In this document: positions 10,190 to 20,379 of the stretch, piece after piece | How the letters are laid out: the number at the start of each line of letters is the position of its first letter | Numbering within the stretch: the first letter of the stretch is position 1 | Origin: Escherichia phage T5_ev219 | Length of the DNA: 64,000 nucleotides | Direction: 5' to 3' (one strand) | Sequence record: NC_134263.1 | Notes under the pieces: model-generated | Database searches by the model: none | What the model was told of the DNA's origin: nothing | The model's input: only the letters and a program-made list of their open reading frames with translations | Translations under genes and position numbers: made by a program

Positions 10190-10370
10190 TTCTCATTCCC
10201 GTTTTTAAACGAGAATCATTATCATTCGCATTCCACTATCTAACTGATAATCATTCCACTTTTTAAATGAGAATCATTTCACTTCCTGAATAATTTTCAT
10301 TTCACTTTCTAAATGCAAATCATTATCATTCGCATTCCGCTTTTTAAATGCGAATGATTCTCATTTGTAT
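10190..10370. repeat. array of degenerate ~20-35-bp repeats
   Basis: tttttaaa(c/t)g(a/c)gaatcatt units at 10202, 10260, 10340; atcattatcattcgcattcc twice. Confidence 0.65.
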
Positions 10371-10408
10371 TAGCATTCAGGCGAGCAGGGCAATTGCCCT
10401 GCGCTTTT

Positions 10409-11010
10409 GTGCAAATCCGACATTTGCCCCCATGGATTACACGTGGGCGTGTATGTGCAAATCCGACAATTTTTGGTAGTGTGCAAATCCGACCCGAAAA
10501 ATTTTTATAGTGTGCGAATCCGACAATGAATTTTCCCAAAAACTCCAGCAATCACGAACTGCGTTCGAATCCTGTGGAATTAGCTAGAGTATGTGCAGAT
10601 CCGACATGAGTTTATTTGTGCGAATCCGACAAGATTTTTGTGACTTCGATTGGAGGGTGTGTGATTGTATAGGTTTGAGGAGAAGGTGAGAGAGCGAGAA
10701 AAATTTGGGAGGCTAGAAGGATGTGGGCGCAGGATTGGTGCGGAGCACCTGATTTGCGGGGATTTTGGGGAATAGTTGAGATAATTTGGGAAGATTTGAG
10801 ATAGGTGCAGAAAAAGTGAAATTTTATTAGCTAAACGGGGTAAAATAGCTTGACAAGTGAAAATTCTTGTGGCTCTAAAAACTCAGGCAATCATGGGCCT
10901 TCGGCCCGAAATAATGCTGCCATTTTCAGGGTTCCTAAAAACTTAGGAGACTCCTGTCATTGTGCAAATCCGACCATAAATTTCTAGAAACACAATGTGC
11001 AAATCCGACA
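10409..11010 (+). repeat. eight same-orientation copies of 14-bp motif GTGC(A/G)(A/G)ATCCGAC(A/C)
   Basis: Copies at 10409, 10455, 10480, 10512, 10593, 10618, 10962, 10997; ninth copy at 12851 inside an ORF. Confidence 0.7.
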
Positions 11011-11518
11011 GTAATTTCTGGAAATGTGTTTTCAAAAAATGTCTTCTAGAAATAACCGCCCTCCCTATAACCGCCCTGTATTAACCGCCTATTGCTGGAG
11101 TTTCTAGGAACATGAAAACCGCCTGAGTTGACTAGAGAAACAGATTTAAAGTTTAATGTAAACTCTAGAGTTAGTGCTCAACTATTCCTAGAAACTTAGG
11201 AATCTAGAAGAAAGTGTTGTGCCATCCTAGCAGATGAGCGGCAACAGGTGTATCATCTTGAACACAGATATTGCCTTTAAATATTTTTTAGTTATTTAAA
11301 AGTAAATATACCCCCATTTCATGAGAGCTTACTCGTGGGGCGCGTGAGTATTACGGAAGACTTAGTAATTAGATCTATACTCGTGCTGTCGCAACGTATA
11401 GACGTAATACTAAGTGTAATAATCATCGCCCCTAGAGTTCAAAACAAGAGTTGTTTTTAATCTATGAGATTATTATAACATGTGCCGCAATGAGTTGTCA
11501 AGAAGATTTTGTTAATGT

Positions 11519-11875
11519 TTATACATCTCCTTCGAAATTGGTATTGGGATCGTAAATCTTTTTGGCTCCTGTATTTAATAGGAATCGTTCTGCAAGTTGT
11601 GGGTGAATATCAAAGAACTCTGTACATCCTTCGAATCCCTTTAAATTACAGCGGTATTTCTTAAAGTAGATATGAGCAGCGGCTTCTAGATCTCTAGGGT
11701 TATGGGTTTCATAGATTCCATACACATATAAATCGTCAAAACCTCGATAGACTATCTTATCTAAGTTTAGAGTTTGAATCCTATTATGTGGATTCATGCT
11801 AATACCGATCTTTGTTCTCTTAGGGATCTTTGTCAGATCCCTGTTCGCAAGAATATATACTTTATATAGTGACAT
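11519..11875 (-). CDS. GIY-YIG-like domain protein
   Basis: 118 aa; YKVYILAN...KIGIS.NP..R motif pattern. Confidence 0.5.
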   Translation of the reverse strand: MSLYKVYILANRDLTKIPKRTKIGISMNPHNRIQTLNLDKIVYRGFDDLYVYGIYETHNPRDLEAAAHIYFKKYRCNLKGFEGCTEFFDIHPQLAERFLLNTGAKKIYDPNTNFEGDV

Positions 11876-12593
11876 TCTTTCTAGCCTTTAGATAGATTCC
11901 TTTAGATGCTAAATAAATATATGTAGCAAGGAATGAAGATGTAGATCCTGTTTCTTCAAGAGTAATAGATCCCTTTGCATAACGCTTGGTTCTAGGAGCC
12001 TGGTTAAGCACAAGCGCAGTGAGACTGCCTAATCCTAGAGCATCCATTAGACGTTTGAAGGAGTCCTTTTCATCATGGATAGCGTATAGAATATAATCTT
12101 CCGCTGTAGTAAGTTCTATGCCACGATGATGTGCCACTGCAATCCGTGCTACTACAGCTCCAATCGTTCTATAAATATCTTCAAACGTGATACTAGTTTC
12201 AAATGCTAACGCTGGAAGATGATCGAACTTACATTTCTTAGGCGGAATGTATAATTGTTCTGGATATGCTTCTAATGCTTCTCTAGCAGATGTTTCTCTA
12301 TAAGCCGGGAGAGGTTCATCAATGATAACATGAATATAGTTTCCCATGTGACCTTTAGCAGTGGGGTCTAAAGACTTGAGGAGTTTATTCATATCAACGT
12401 AAGAATAAGCAAGGTCAGCTTTTGCTGCTTTGTTATCATACTTAATCTTACCCCCCTCCCATCTAGCTGGGAACATTTCGCAAACAAACATTACTGCATG
12501 TTTCTCTTCAGTGGTTAAATCAGAGAAACAGCGATGATCAGCCCCCTTAGCGAGGGCTAGAATATTCTTAAACTTTACAGCCAAATCTTTCAT
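11862..12593 (-). CDS. hypothetical protein
   Basis: 243-aa ORF. Confidence 0.6.
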   Translation of the reverse strand: MKDLAVKFKNILALAKGADHRCFSDLTTEEKHAVMFVCEMFPARWEGGKIKYDNKAAKADLAYSYVDMNKLLKSLDPTAKGHMGNYIHVIIDEPLPAYRETSAREALEAYPEQLYIPPKKCKFDHLPALAFETSITFEDIYRTIGAVVARIAVAHHRGIELTTAEDYILYAIHDEKDSFKRLMDALGLGSLTALVLNQAPRTKRYAKGSITLEETGSTSSFLATYIYLASKGIYLKARKNVTI

Positions 12594-13207
12594 TAACTAC
12601 CTCTCTTATTCTCGTCAATAACAGCTCCCAATGCCTCCATAATAGTATCTTCTAAGCTTCCATGTTTACTAGGATTATTAAAATGAATAGTATAAACAGA
12701 GTTCCTAGAAACTCCAGCATCCGCAGGTGCTACGCTTCGCATATCAGATTCAAAAGCTTCTTGAGTATGTTTCAATTGCACAGAAGGGCCGTAATCTTCC
12801 CCAAACTTATATGACTTCGTACTACTTACCACACCCCCACAAGGAACATTGTGCAAATCCGACATTAATCTTTTATCGGAGTTATTCAGCATTGGGATTG
12901 TCCCTGACTGCCACGGATCTCTAATAGTCACTGGAGTACTGGGACGATTTACCTCAGTCTTCACAAGTTTGTATCCTGCATCGATCAGTGCATTAATCAG
13001 GTTATCAGCCGGGATGCGAGCCGTACCAAAAATCTTACGAGCATCTTCGAGCTTACCTTCAAGATCTTTGCAGGCTTTAAGGTCAGTGTGTGCAAATGTT
13101 AGCTTCATAGATTTGAATTGTACAGTAGCAGTTAAATCTTTAAAGCTATAATCCCATGTGTTCAGTTCATGGTCTGGTACTACTTGAATAGGTTGTTGTG
13201 TAAACAT
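12593..13207 (-). CDS. hypothetical protein
   Basis: 204-aa ORF; contains one copy of the 14-bp GTGCAAATCCGACA motif. Confidence 0.6.
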   Translation of the reverse strand: MFTQQPIQVVPDHELNTWDYSFKDLTATVQFKSMKLTFAHTDLKACKDLEGKLEDARKIFGTARIPADNLINALIDAGYKLVKTEVNRPSTPVTIRDPWQSGTIPMLNNSDKRLMSDLHNVPCGGVVSSTKSYKFGEDYGPSVQLKHTQEAFESDMRSVAPADAGVSRNSVYTIHFNNPSKHGSLEDTIMEALGAVIDENKRGS

Positions 13208-13392
13208 TATTTATTCTCCAGTTTGTCTAACAGTTTATGGGCTGCTAGGTTATATTGCTCAAGTTCACGATTAAGGATTTGGTTTTCACACTTTAGCTCT
13301 AGATTCTTATTATTAAGAATATTGCAGATCAGTAGAAGTGCTAATATAGCTAGCAAGGAACCTATGAGCATTAAAAGAAAAAGAGTTTCCAT
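13207..13392 (-). CDS. small membrane protein
   Basis: 61 aa, N-terminal TM helix; start/stop abut neighbours. Confidence 0.45.
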   Translation of the reverse strand: METLFLLMLIGSLLAILALLLICNILNNKNLELKCENQILNRELEQYNLAAHKLLDKLENK

Positions 13393-13625
13393 TATTTAAC
13401 TCCCATGTAACGTTTGAGATATATGATGAAGTCTTCTGCTGTATGCTCTACGCTACCTTGAGCTACAAATAGCTTGAGGGCTTCACGTTGTAGTTTAAGA
13501 GCAGCCAACTCACCACGTAATTTTATTAGATCTTCTGCTAGTTCTCTAGCTCTACGCATAATAGCAAAAGATACAAGTACTACGATGAATAACATAACTA
13601 CTAAAATAATTGCTATGATTTCCAT
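13392..13625 (-). CDS. small membrane protein
   Basis: 77 aa, N-terminal TM helix. Confidence 0.45.
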   Translation of the reverse strand: MEIIAIILVVMLFIVVLVSFAIMRRARELAEDLIKLRGELAALKLQREALKLFVAQGSVEHTAEDFIIYLKRYMGVK

Positions 13626-13903
13626 ATTAACATCCAGCTTTTATCCCACATTTGGGCATGATCTATCAGATCATTCATTGATGTATTGTTATCATAAATG
13701 CACTCTAGTATATACCTTCTGTCAAATTCGTCAACCAAATATTCTACATTATTTATTACTACTTTATACAGATCTGGGACTAGAGAGCATGTATTTGGTA
13801 TGGGTCGACTGCTTAAGTCTATTTCATTATAGCCCCATGTTGTTTTAAATAGTTTGTTACTAAGTGCTGCTAATGGATTTGACCATATAATATAGCTACT
13901 CAC
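13613..13903 (-). CDS. hypothetical protein
   Basis: 96-aa ORF. Confidence 0.5.
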   Translation of the reverse strand: MSSYIIWSNPLAALSNKLFKTTWGYNEIDLSSRPIPNTCSLVPDLYKVVINNVEYLVDEFDRRYILECIYDNNTSMNDLIDHAQMWDKSWMLIWKS

Positions 13904-14444
13904 TACTTATCTCCATTCTTAGCTTTGAAAACTTATTATACCAAACTATGTGATTATCGTCAATTACAAATTTATGATAACATGCTGGTACGGTATAAGT
14001 TCCATAATCCGTGACACGCTGCACAACCTTGTGTGCACACAGTCGACAACCGTGCCCTTCTAAATGAGATCTAGCAGTTTGCCAGTAATAACCATCATGG
14101 TCCGGGCAGTAGATCTCGACTTGCTGTTGCATTGTCTTATAATTTACACGTTCATACCCAAAGAAAGCTCCATGAACTGCAACAGCTTTCTTGATAAATA
14201 TAAGGTTTAGTGCTTCTTGTTGAAAGTCAGGATGTAGCTGCTTAATCTTAGTTCTATTAATAGATCCATCCGATTTAATGAATCTATTTATTGGAAAGTT
14301 GTTAGCTTCCTCGATTAATAATTCATTTACTTTTTCTCTCATATTAGATATTCTCACAGCTAAGGTAGAAACATTCGTAAGCATCACCAGTAAACTCTTT
14401 ATCTTGGAGTATACACTTAGCCTGGTCTTCTGGTACTCCAGCAT
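13896..14444 (-). CDS. hypothetical Cys/His-rich protein
   Basis: 182 aa; CPDHDG...HGCRLCAH...C cluster suggests metal binding. Confidence 0.5.
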   Translation of the reverse strand: MLEYQKTRLSVYSKIKSLLVMLTNVSTLAVRISNMREKVNELLIEEANNFPINRFIKSDGSINRTKIKQLHPDFQQEALNLIFIKKAVAVHGAFFGYERVNYKTMQQQVEIYCPDHDGYYWQTARSHLEGHGCRLCAHKVVQRVTDYGTYTVPACYHKFVIDDNHIVWYNKFSKLRMEISSE

Positions 14445-14603
14445 CTAATAATTGTTGTTTACTTGGCTTTTCAGCGAATACCTTTACAAAATATTCGCCA
14501 TCCTGATTATACTCATTTATATCTCTAGTAAGGACATACACTTGCATTTGAAGTTCCTTGAAAACATAAAAGGCCAGAACAATTAAGTCCTGGCCTCCTA
14601 AAA

Positions 14604-15041
14604 TTAATGAAGTTGTTTACCACTTCTTAACATAGTGGCCGTTTCCATAAGACCTAGTGTAGCATCACGCTTATTGATCTGTTTACCAAGTTCATCAGTA
14701 CGTTTACTGATGTAAGCATTAATAGCCATATTCATAGCTGTAGCGAGATCTTCTTTGGTTATCTCTTCATCGTCTAAAGCTAATTTAGCCAAAGAATCAA
14801 ATGTGCTAGAGAGTCCTATAAGATCTGAGGTTTCTCCAGCCAAAATAGGATTAATATTATCTACTGTTACTTCTAGCATGGAGTTAACAATATCTTCACC
14901 GTCTATTAGACCAAATTCAATATTACTCTCCCACTCCTTCATCTGTTCCAGCAATGGATTTTTCTTTTCTGTCATGGTAGAGGTTTCCTGTATCTGTGGG
15001 TAAGAAGGATGATTGCGTTTTAGGTGGATGTTGCTTAGCAA
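14604..15041 (-). CDS. hypothetical protein
   Basis: 145-aa ORF. Confidence 0.5.
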   Translation of the reverse strand: MLSNIHLKRNHPSYPQIQETSTMTEKKNPLLEQMKEWESNIEFGLIDGEDIVNSMLEVTVDNINPILAGETSDLIGLSSTFDSLAKLALDDEEITKEDLATAMNMAINAYISKRTDELGKQINKRDATLGLMETATMLRSGKQLH

Positions 15042-15384
15042 TCCAGTTAAGAATCAGCACGCGACTAGGAACAATATCGGTGTTATACCAAAAATCGTGA
15101 ACCCATTGACGAGCATCTTCAAACTTACCAAATTTATACGCTTTCTTAAACAATTCAAATCCAAAACAATCTGGTGTAAAGTCTACTTCGCGATACTGAA
15201 TTACTTTAGAACCTGTTAAGTCTTGAATCGCTGCATTAATTTCTGTATGTGAGAACTTTGTTTCATGAAACTTATTAAAGAATCGGTAATTGAAGCGTCC
15301 ATTCGTTTCGACAAATAACTGGATGAAGAGATCGTTAAATTGGTTATCAAACCAGTAATTCTGTAGTTGTTGTAGTGCTGTCAT
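14923..15384 (-). CDS. hypothetical protein
   Basis: 153-aa ORF; track N-terminus overlaps upstream gene, true start probably internal. Confidence 0.45.
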   Translation of the reverse strand: MTALQQLQNYWFDNQFNDLFIQLFVETNGRFNYRFFNKFHETKFSHTEINAAIQDLTGSKVIQYREVDFTPDCFGFELFKKAYKFGKFEDARQWVHDFWYNTDIVPSRVLILNWIAKQHPPKTQSSFLPTDTGNLYHDRKEKSIAGTDEGVGE

Positions 15385-15680
15385 TTACGAACCCCGTTAA
15401 TTGCCATAATGATGCCTTCGTACATAAAAGGAAGTAACCCAGAAGTATAGAATATATTTTCCGTTATTCCTAGATGTCGAAAAAGTATATTAAACAATGC
15501 TGTTAGAAATACAACCTGAGGCAGTAATACAAAATACTCAGTTACAATCTTTGGTGCCTGATAAACAAGACGTTTTACCATTGTTTTTAAGTCTCCTTAT
15601 TACTTTGGCCTGCTCCACAATAATGAAAACTGCGAGCACTAATAGTGCTATTAGCCCCGCAGTAATTGGTACTAAATCAA

Positions 15681-16025
15681 TCATGGGAGACGCCATACGT
15701 AATTAGCTGTCTGTAGAACTTCGGAAACATCATCATGTTGCATCACTACAGACGTTGGAGAGTAACTATTCGCCAGTTCTGTACGAACCATCTCACGTTC
15801 TTCTCCAGTTTCAATATTTTTAACAACCACCTTCATTTTGAGAGGTGTCAGTTCAGAGAGCGGTTTCCAAGAGCCCTCAATTTCAACCCCTACCTTTTTC
15901 TCGATTAACATGAGAACTTCTAGTGTATCATCTGGAATACTAATATTATTATTTACAAACTGTAACAGCTCATGCAAAGTATTTAATTCGTTAAAATTAA
16001 GTTTCATCTTTAAGAATATCCTCAA
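15681..16025 (-). CDS. hypothetical protein
   Basis: 114-aa ORF. Confidence 0.5.
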   Translation of the reverse strand: MRIFLKMKLNFNELNTLHELLQFVNNNISIPDDTLEVLMLIEKKVGVEIEGSWKPLSELTPLKMKVVVKNIETGEEREMVRTELANSYSPTSVVMQHDDVSEVLQTANYVWRLP

Positions 16026-16242
16026 TCATATTACAGGACTGTTGCAATTCGTCAGCAATGCGCTTAACATCTGTTTTTGTTACTTTACCGATTAACATCA
16101 CCAGTAACATAGAAAGTATAATAAGTGGAACTGGGATAACAAATAGTGCTACCTTAACTACATTCTTTGGTGCCCATGTATGGTACTTAGTAACTAGAAC
16201 TCCCACCACGATTAGATAAAATGCTAGAATAAACATCATCAT
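15997..16242 (-). CDS. small membrane protein
   Basis: 81 aa, two hydrophobic helices. Confidence 0.45.
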   Translation of the reverse strand: MMMFILAFYLIVVGVLVTKYHTWAPKNVVKVALFVIPVPLIILSMLLVMLIGKVTKTDVKRIADELQQSCNMIEDILKDET

Positions 16243-16520
16243 TTTTTAATCTCCGTGATTATCTGTGTACGCATTACTTTAGCGGGTAATTTATTATTCC
16301 CAATTATTGCTTCTATATTATTTAATTTTTCTTTAAGAATATCTGAGCGTCTTTGTGCTAATTCAATATCTTGCTCTTGCTCTAGCAAACGGTGGTGTAA
16401 TCCATCATTAGTAATGAGCATACTTTCCATGTTTTTTCGTGCGTTTACAATCCCAATAACTCCACCAATCGCTACTAGCGTAGTAAGAATTAGTAACCCA
16501 ATAAGAATTTCTGTAATCAT
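16239..16520 (-). CDS. small membrane-anchored protein
   Basis: 93 aa, N-terminal TM. Confidence 0.45.
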   Translation of the reverse strand: MITEILIGLLILTTLVAIGGVIGIVNARKNMESMLITNDGLHHRLLEQEQDIELAQRRSDILKEKLNNIEAIIGNNKLPAKVMRTQIITEIKK

Positions 16521-17053
16521 TTATTTAATTCCTCTAAAGTAGGTAAGGGTTTTGTATGATCAAAAGTTTCTATAACAGCGTTAGACCCATGTAGTTCTAA
16601 ACGTAGTTCATTAGCTCTTTGAACCGCTAATTCTAGATCTAAGAAATCAAAATACCCACCATGTACTAACTTTTTGTATGAATCTACAACCCTTACTTCC
16701 CATTTTTGCTTTTGTTTATGCCAAAAGATTCCCAAATACCCTGATTTGCTCCTTGCTGTTCTATTTCTAGAATTTTCTTGGTTGTTAGATTCTCTAAGGT
16801 TAGCCCACCTATTATCACTCCGTATACGATTTACGTGGTCTATTACTTCGGGAATATAACCTTCCATATAGAGGAAGGCTAGTCGATGTGCTTTGTAACC
16901 TACTTTATCTACTCTTATCTCTATATACCCAGTCTTTCTTAGACAGCCAGCAATACTACCAGCTTTTTGATTACCTATACTTACTAATCTAATAAACTCG
17001 CCCGTTTCCGGGCGGTATTCCAATAATTCTTTTAATCTTTCTTGTGTTATCAT
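16517..17053 (-). CDS. HNH homing endonuclease with AP2-like DNA-binding domain (paralog 1)
   Basis: 178 aa; HRLAFLYMEGY...DHVNRIRSDNRWANLRE plus SGYLGIFWHKQKQKWEVRV; paralog of 23957..24493 and 47203..47751. Confidence 0.75.
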   Translation of the reverse strand: MITQERLKELLEYRPETGEFIRLVSIGNQKAGSIAGCLRKTGYIEIRVDKVGYKAHRLAFLYMEGYIPEVIDHVNRIRSDNRWANLRESNNQENSRNRTARSKSGYLGIFWHKQKQKWEVRVVDSYKKLVHGGYFDFLDLELAVQRANELRLELHGSNAVIETFDHTKPLPTLEELNK

Positions 17054-17343
17054 TTTTTCTTTAATTGCTTAACTTCACGCTCAAAGCTAGCTGCTCGGCG
17101 TTCTGCCACTGCTTGATGCTCCTTAGCAAAGCGTGCCTCTTGTTTTGCTAAGTTAAAGGCCATAGCGTTCTTGTTAAGAGAATCGTACATCTTTTTCATT
17201 GCTGGGATGGACATTTTCATCAGTTGCCCCTCAAATCCTTGCATGTCGAGGAGAATTGCTAATACATTGGCCATTTCAGTCTTGGTAAGGTTAGAGGCGT
17301 CGAAGTCTTTAGTCATGTTTTCCATTAGAATTTCCTCTCTCAT
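17050..17343 (-). CDS. hypothetical protein
   Basis: 97-aa ORF. Confidence 0.5.
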   Translation of the reverse strand: MREEILMENMTKDFDASNLTKTEMANVLAILLDMQGFEGQLMKMSIPAMKKMYDSLNKNAMAFNLAKQEARFAKEHQAVAERRAASFEREVKQLKKK

Positions 17344-17403
17344 TAATTTATGAACTTATTATACGGAATTTTAAGGCTTAAAGCAACTGAATTTTTTAAT
17401 TAC

Positions 17404-17835
17404 TTACCAATCGTTAACAACGCCGGAGAACTCAGAAGCAAAAACTTTTTCAAATTTCTCTGCAATTTCAGGATGATCTTTGCAGATCAGCTCAATACAG
17501 GCTTCTGGAGCCATTCCTTCATCTTCAGGATCACCATAGTATTTATCCCAAAGATCATCAGGAATGATATGCTCCGCCAAATCTTGGAAAGATATTAACT
17601 GATAACGTTCTGCTTCCTCGGGGATAAGGATCTCACAAAGATCTTTATCTATATCGCTACGATAATCCGCAATTAATAAGGCATTGCAAGCATGACATTC
17701 CCAGACCATCAAACGTTCAGAGATAGGATTAGACTTATCCTGAACGTAGGACTGAAACAGGGTTCGGAAAGTAGCTTTAACTTGTTCAAACTTATCTGCT
17801 GCTGCGAAAACTAGGGCTTTATCAACTTTGTTCAT
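17404..17835 (-). CDS. hypothetical acidic protein
   Basis: 143-aa ORF behind a family promoter. Confidence 0.55.
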   Translation of the reverse strand: MNKVDKALVFAAADKFEQVKATFRTLFQSYVQDKSNPISERLMVWECHACNALLIADYRSDIDKDLCEILIPEEAERYQLISFQDLAEHIIPDDLWDKYYGDPEDEGMAPEACIELICKDHPEIAEKFEKVFASEFSGVVNDW

Positions 17836-17865
17836 TTTTATTCCTTCTCATCAATTTATAAAGTA

Positions 17866-17894
17866 ATTATACAGAAACTTAGGCATTTTAGCAA
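17866..17894 (-). promoter_or_regulatory. sigma70-type promoter of the conserved T5-early family
   Basis: Minus-strand TTGCTA -35, 17-bp spacer, TATAAT -10, AT-rich upstream. Confidence 0.6.
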
Positions 17895-18002
17895 ATAAAA
17901 CTTTTAATTAAAATGCCTAGTCCTGTACCAATAGCAATACAAATGATTATAAGTATTGCTATCGCCTGTATGATTCGTTTAATAATAACCTCAGCTATAT
18001 AC

Positions 18003-18596
18003 TTAGACATTTATATCGCCACGCAATACAGCAGCTACGTCTTCTCCTATTTGTAATACCTCGCCGGTAGTACAATTAACCACTCTATCGTAACTAGTAA
18101 ACTTACCAGACACAATATCCTCTAGTGGAATTGGAGTTCTACTCATTTCAAATGAGACATTAATATAACGTGGATCACGTAAAGAAGTAGTATGTACATG
18201 TCCGTGAATATTTAGTTTGCCACGAAGTTCATTAGGGTGCAAAGGGCAGTGAGATAGCCAAAACTTTTTGCCACCTCCAGTCTGTTTGCCTAGAGCTTGA
18301 ATACCGTCATAAACTTCCGCTAAGTCCCTAATACTCAGTCCTTGACGCTCCGCATCATGATTACCCATAATGAGTTGATTAGGGACATTGTGGATAACCG
18401 ACTTTAATTTGGCCAGACCTTCACGACCTACTGCAATATCTCCTAGCAAAATAAGTTTTGTTCGTTTACCAATATGCTTGGATAAAGTATCTAGAATATA
18501 CTCATCGTGCTCTTTCATGTTCTTAAACCACGGACGGAAACGTAGTGCTCCAGGGTGGTCTAAGTGCAAGTCTGACCAGAATTTAACCTTCATCAC
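18003..18596 (-). CDS. calcineurin-like metallophosphoesterase
   Basis: 197 aa; motifs DLHLDH, GDI, GNHD, GHVH. Confidence 0.65.
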   Translation of the reverse strand: MMKVKFWSDLHLDHPGALRFRPWFKNMKEHDEYILDTLSKHIGKRTKLILLGDIAVGREGLAKLKSVIHNVPNQLIMGNHDAERQGLSIRDLAEVYDGIQALGKQTGGGKKFWLSHCPLHPNELRGKLNIHGHVHTTSLRDPRYINVSFEMSRTPIPLEDIVSGKFTSYDRVVNCTTGEVLQIGEDVAAVLRGDINV

Positions 18597-18880
18597 TTAC
18601 TCCTTTTTTGTATTAAATTATCAATCCAGGTAGTTAATACTCTAGTTTTAAACTCCTCGGGAGTCTCTCCTTCCTTAAGGTCTACCTCATTAAGGTAGGT
18701 AGTAAGCCTTGTTTCTATCTCTATTTCAGCAGGAGAATTAAAACAAAAATTGACTGCTATTCCAGAATATATTACTCCGGTATCTCCTTTGACGAAAGCA
18801 TTAACTAATGCTCTCCAACGAAGGGCATCAATACGCATTGCTCGTAATTCTTCTTGTACTTCTTTCATTCTATCATTCAT
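18593..18880 (-). CDS. hypothetical protein
   Basis: 95-aa ORF. Confidence 0.5.
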   Translation of the reverse strand: MNDRMKEVQEELRAMRIDALRWRALVNAFVKGDTGVIYSGIAVNFCFNSPAEIEIETRLTTYLNEVDLKEGETPEEFKTRVLTTWIDNLIQKRSK

Positions 18881-19755
18881 TAAAGAATCCTCTGTACACC
18901 ACAGCTATCTTCTCGAAGCGTGGTAAATGTTGTGATTTTCCCAGTTTCATCATTAACTTGCGCAACCGTCAACCGCCCGTTGAAAACACCGCCAGTATCT
19001 AGGTAAACACGGTTTTTATAAAGAAGTGGGTAAGGTACTCCAGTATGCCCGTGAAACACGAAATCTACCCCTTTAACTTCTGGCACTTCTACCATGTATT
19101 TTTCTTTAAATCCTGCATAACGCTGGAAATACGGATGTTCCTCACCGTTTTTGGACAAGTAGAAACCTATTTCTTGGATTACATCTCGATCCCATAAGTA
19201 TGGTTCAACATGGTATCCAGGATGGTCGTGTGGGTCTTCCTTAGCTGCTTCTACTTGTGCAATAAGATTATCCCATACTGGGGTTTCTACTTCATTACCA
19301 CATTCTTTGTACGTAAAAGGTACACCACCATGAACAACACCAAACTTCTTACCACGATGTCTAACAGTTAGGAATACTGGCATTTTTTCAGCCATATCTT
19401 CGGCAATATTTTTAATGGTATCCGCGTCTAGCTCATTCATAGCCCACATACCGCCATTATACATCCAGTTAGCCCAATCTCCTACAATCATAAATTGGTC
19501 ATGATTACCACGAGCGCTACAGAAACGTGGATTATATAGGAATTTGGCTAGAACTTGTAGGTTCTGCGTGCCCCGATCAATTAAATCCCCCACGCATACA
19601 ACGCAATCTTTCTTGCCATTATAGCCAGCTAATTGTAGTGCATCTTCTAGTAAATCGTTGCATCCATGAATATCGCCAACAAAGAATAAGTTAACATCAT
19701 CAGGTACTACTAGTGTTTTATGCACATTAAATTCTTTTTTCATAATTATTCCCAA
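18880..19755 (-). CDS. Ser/Thr protein phosphatase (PPP family)
   Basis: 291 aa; motifs GDIHG, GDLIDRG, GNHD. Confidence 0.7.
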   Translation of the reverse strand: MGIIMKKEFNVHKTLVVPDDVNLFFVGDIHGCNDLLEDALQLAGYNGKKDCVVCVGDLIDRGTQNLQVLAKFLYNPRFCSARGNHDQFMIVGDWANWMYNGGMWAMNELDADTIKNIAEDMAEKMPVFLTVRHRGKKFGVVHGGVPFTYKECGNEVETPVWDNLIAQVEAAKEDPHDHPGYHVEPYLWDRDVIQEIGFYLSKNGEEHPYFQRYAGFKEKYMVEVPEVKGVDFVFHGHTGVPYPLLYKNRVYLDTGGVFNGRLTVAQVNDETGKITTFTTLREDSCGVQRIL

Positions 19756-19991
19756 ATAACATTTAAAATAGTTGTACCATAGTTATTAGATAGTTTGAGA
19801 GTATAACCCTCTTTATTGAGGGCTTTTATAGCTTCATAACTAATTTCGTCACGATTAAGCTGTACAAAAGAACCTCCAATCTCTACAGAAGATACTATCC
19901 TCCGCTTAACCCATCTATACGTTTTCTTTCGGCTCTTAAGGGACGCGGCTCTATTTATCCTAGCTAAACGTTTTGCTTGTTCTGCTAACAT
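19746..19991 (-). CDS. hypothetical protein
   Basis: 81-aa ORF. Confidence 0.45.
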   Translation of the reverse strand: MLAEQAKRLARINRAASLKSRKKTYRWVKRRIVSSVEIGGSFVQLNRDEISYEAIKALNKEGYTLKLSNNYGTTILNVIWE

Positions 19992-20018
19992 TTAATCCTC
20001 CTATCAATCTATACAAAT

Positions 20019-20047
20019 ATTATACCAAAATTTTTAGCAAAAAGCAA
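20019..20047 (-). promoter_or_regulatory. sigma70-type promoter of the conserved family
   Basis: Minus-strand TTGCTT, 17 bp, TATAAT. Confidence 0.55.
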
Positions 20048-20088
20048 GTAAAATAAAAGCCTGATCAGCTAAGATCAGGCTTTGTTTA

Positions 20089-20379
20089 TTAGTCTTCTGG
20101 ATTATCATCCAGGAAATTTTTAATAGCTTCGTGCATAGTTTCTTTACGAAGCTGACGTCCAATCAAAATATGGTTAGCTTCTACTCGACCATTAGGTAAG
20201 CGATCTGCCAGAACTACTACGGGAACTTGACGTACACCAAATTTCTGCATTAATTCTGTATTATCAGTCTCTTTATGGATTTCCAAATTATAGTCATTGA
20301 CTACTTTATCAAATACTGGCTCAAACATTTTGCAAGGATTGCAAGTAGAACCTTTCAATAGATATACTAATTTACTCAT
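20089..20379 (-). CDS. thioredoxin/glutaredoxin-like protein
   Basis: 96 aa; CNPC active-site-like motif near N-terminus. Confidence 0.5.
   Translation of the reverse strand: MSKLVYLLKGSTCNPCKMFEPVFDKVVNDYNLEIHKETDNTELMQKFGVRQVPVVVLADRLPNGRVEANHILIGRQLRKETMHEAIKNFLDDNPED

Noticed and set aside
10409-11010. CRISPR array as an explanation for the tandem 14-bp motif copies
   Set aside because: Motif is only 14 bp, spacing between copies is irregular (about 10-330 bp), copies are degenerate and there are no cas genes; more consistent with protein-binding-site repeats.
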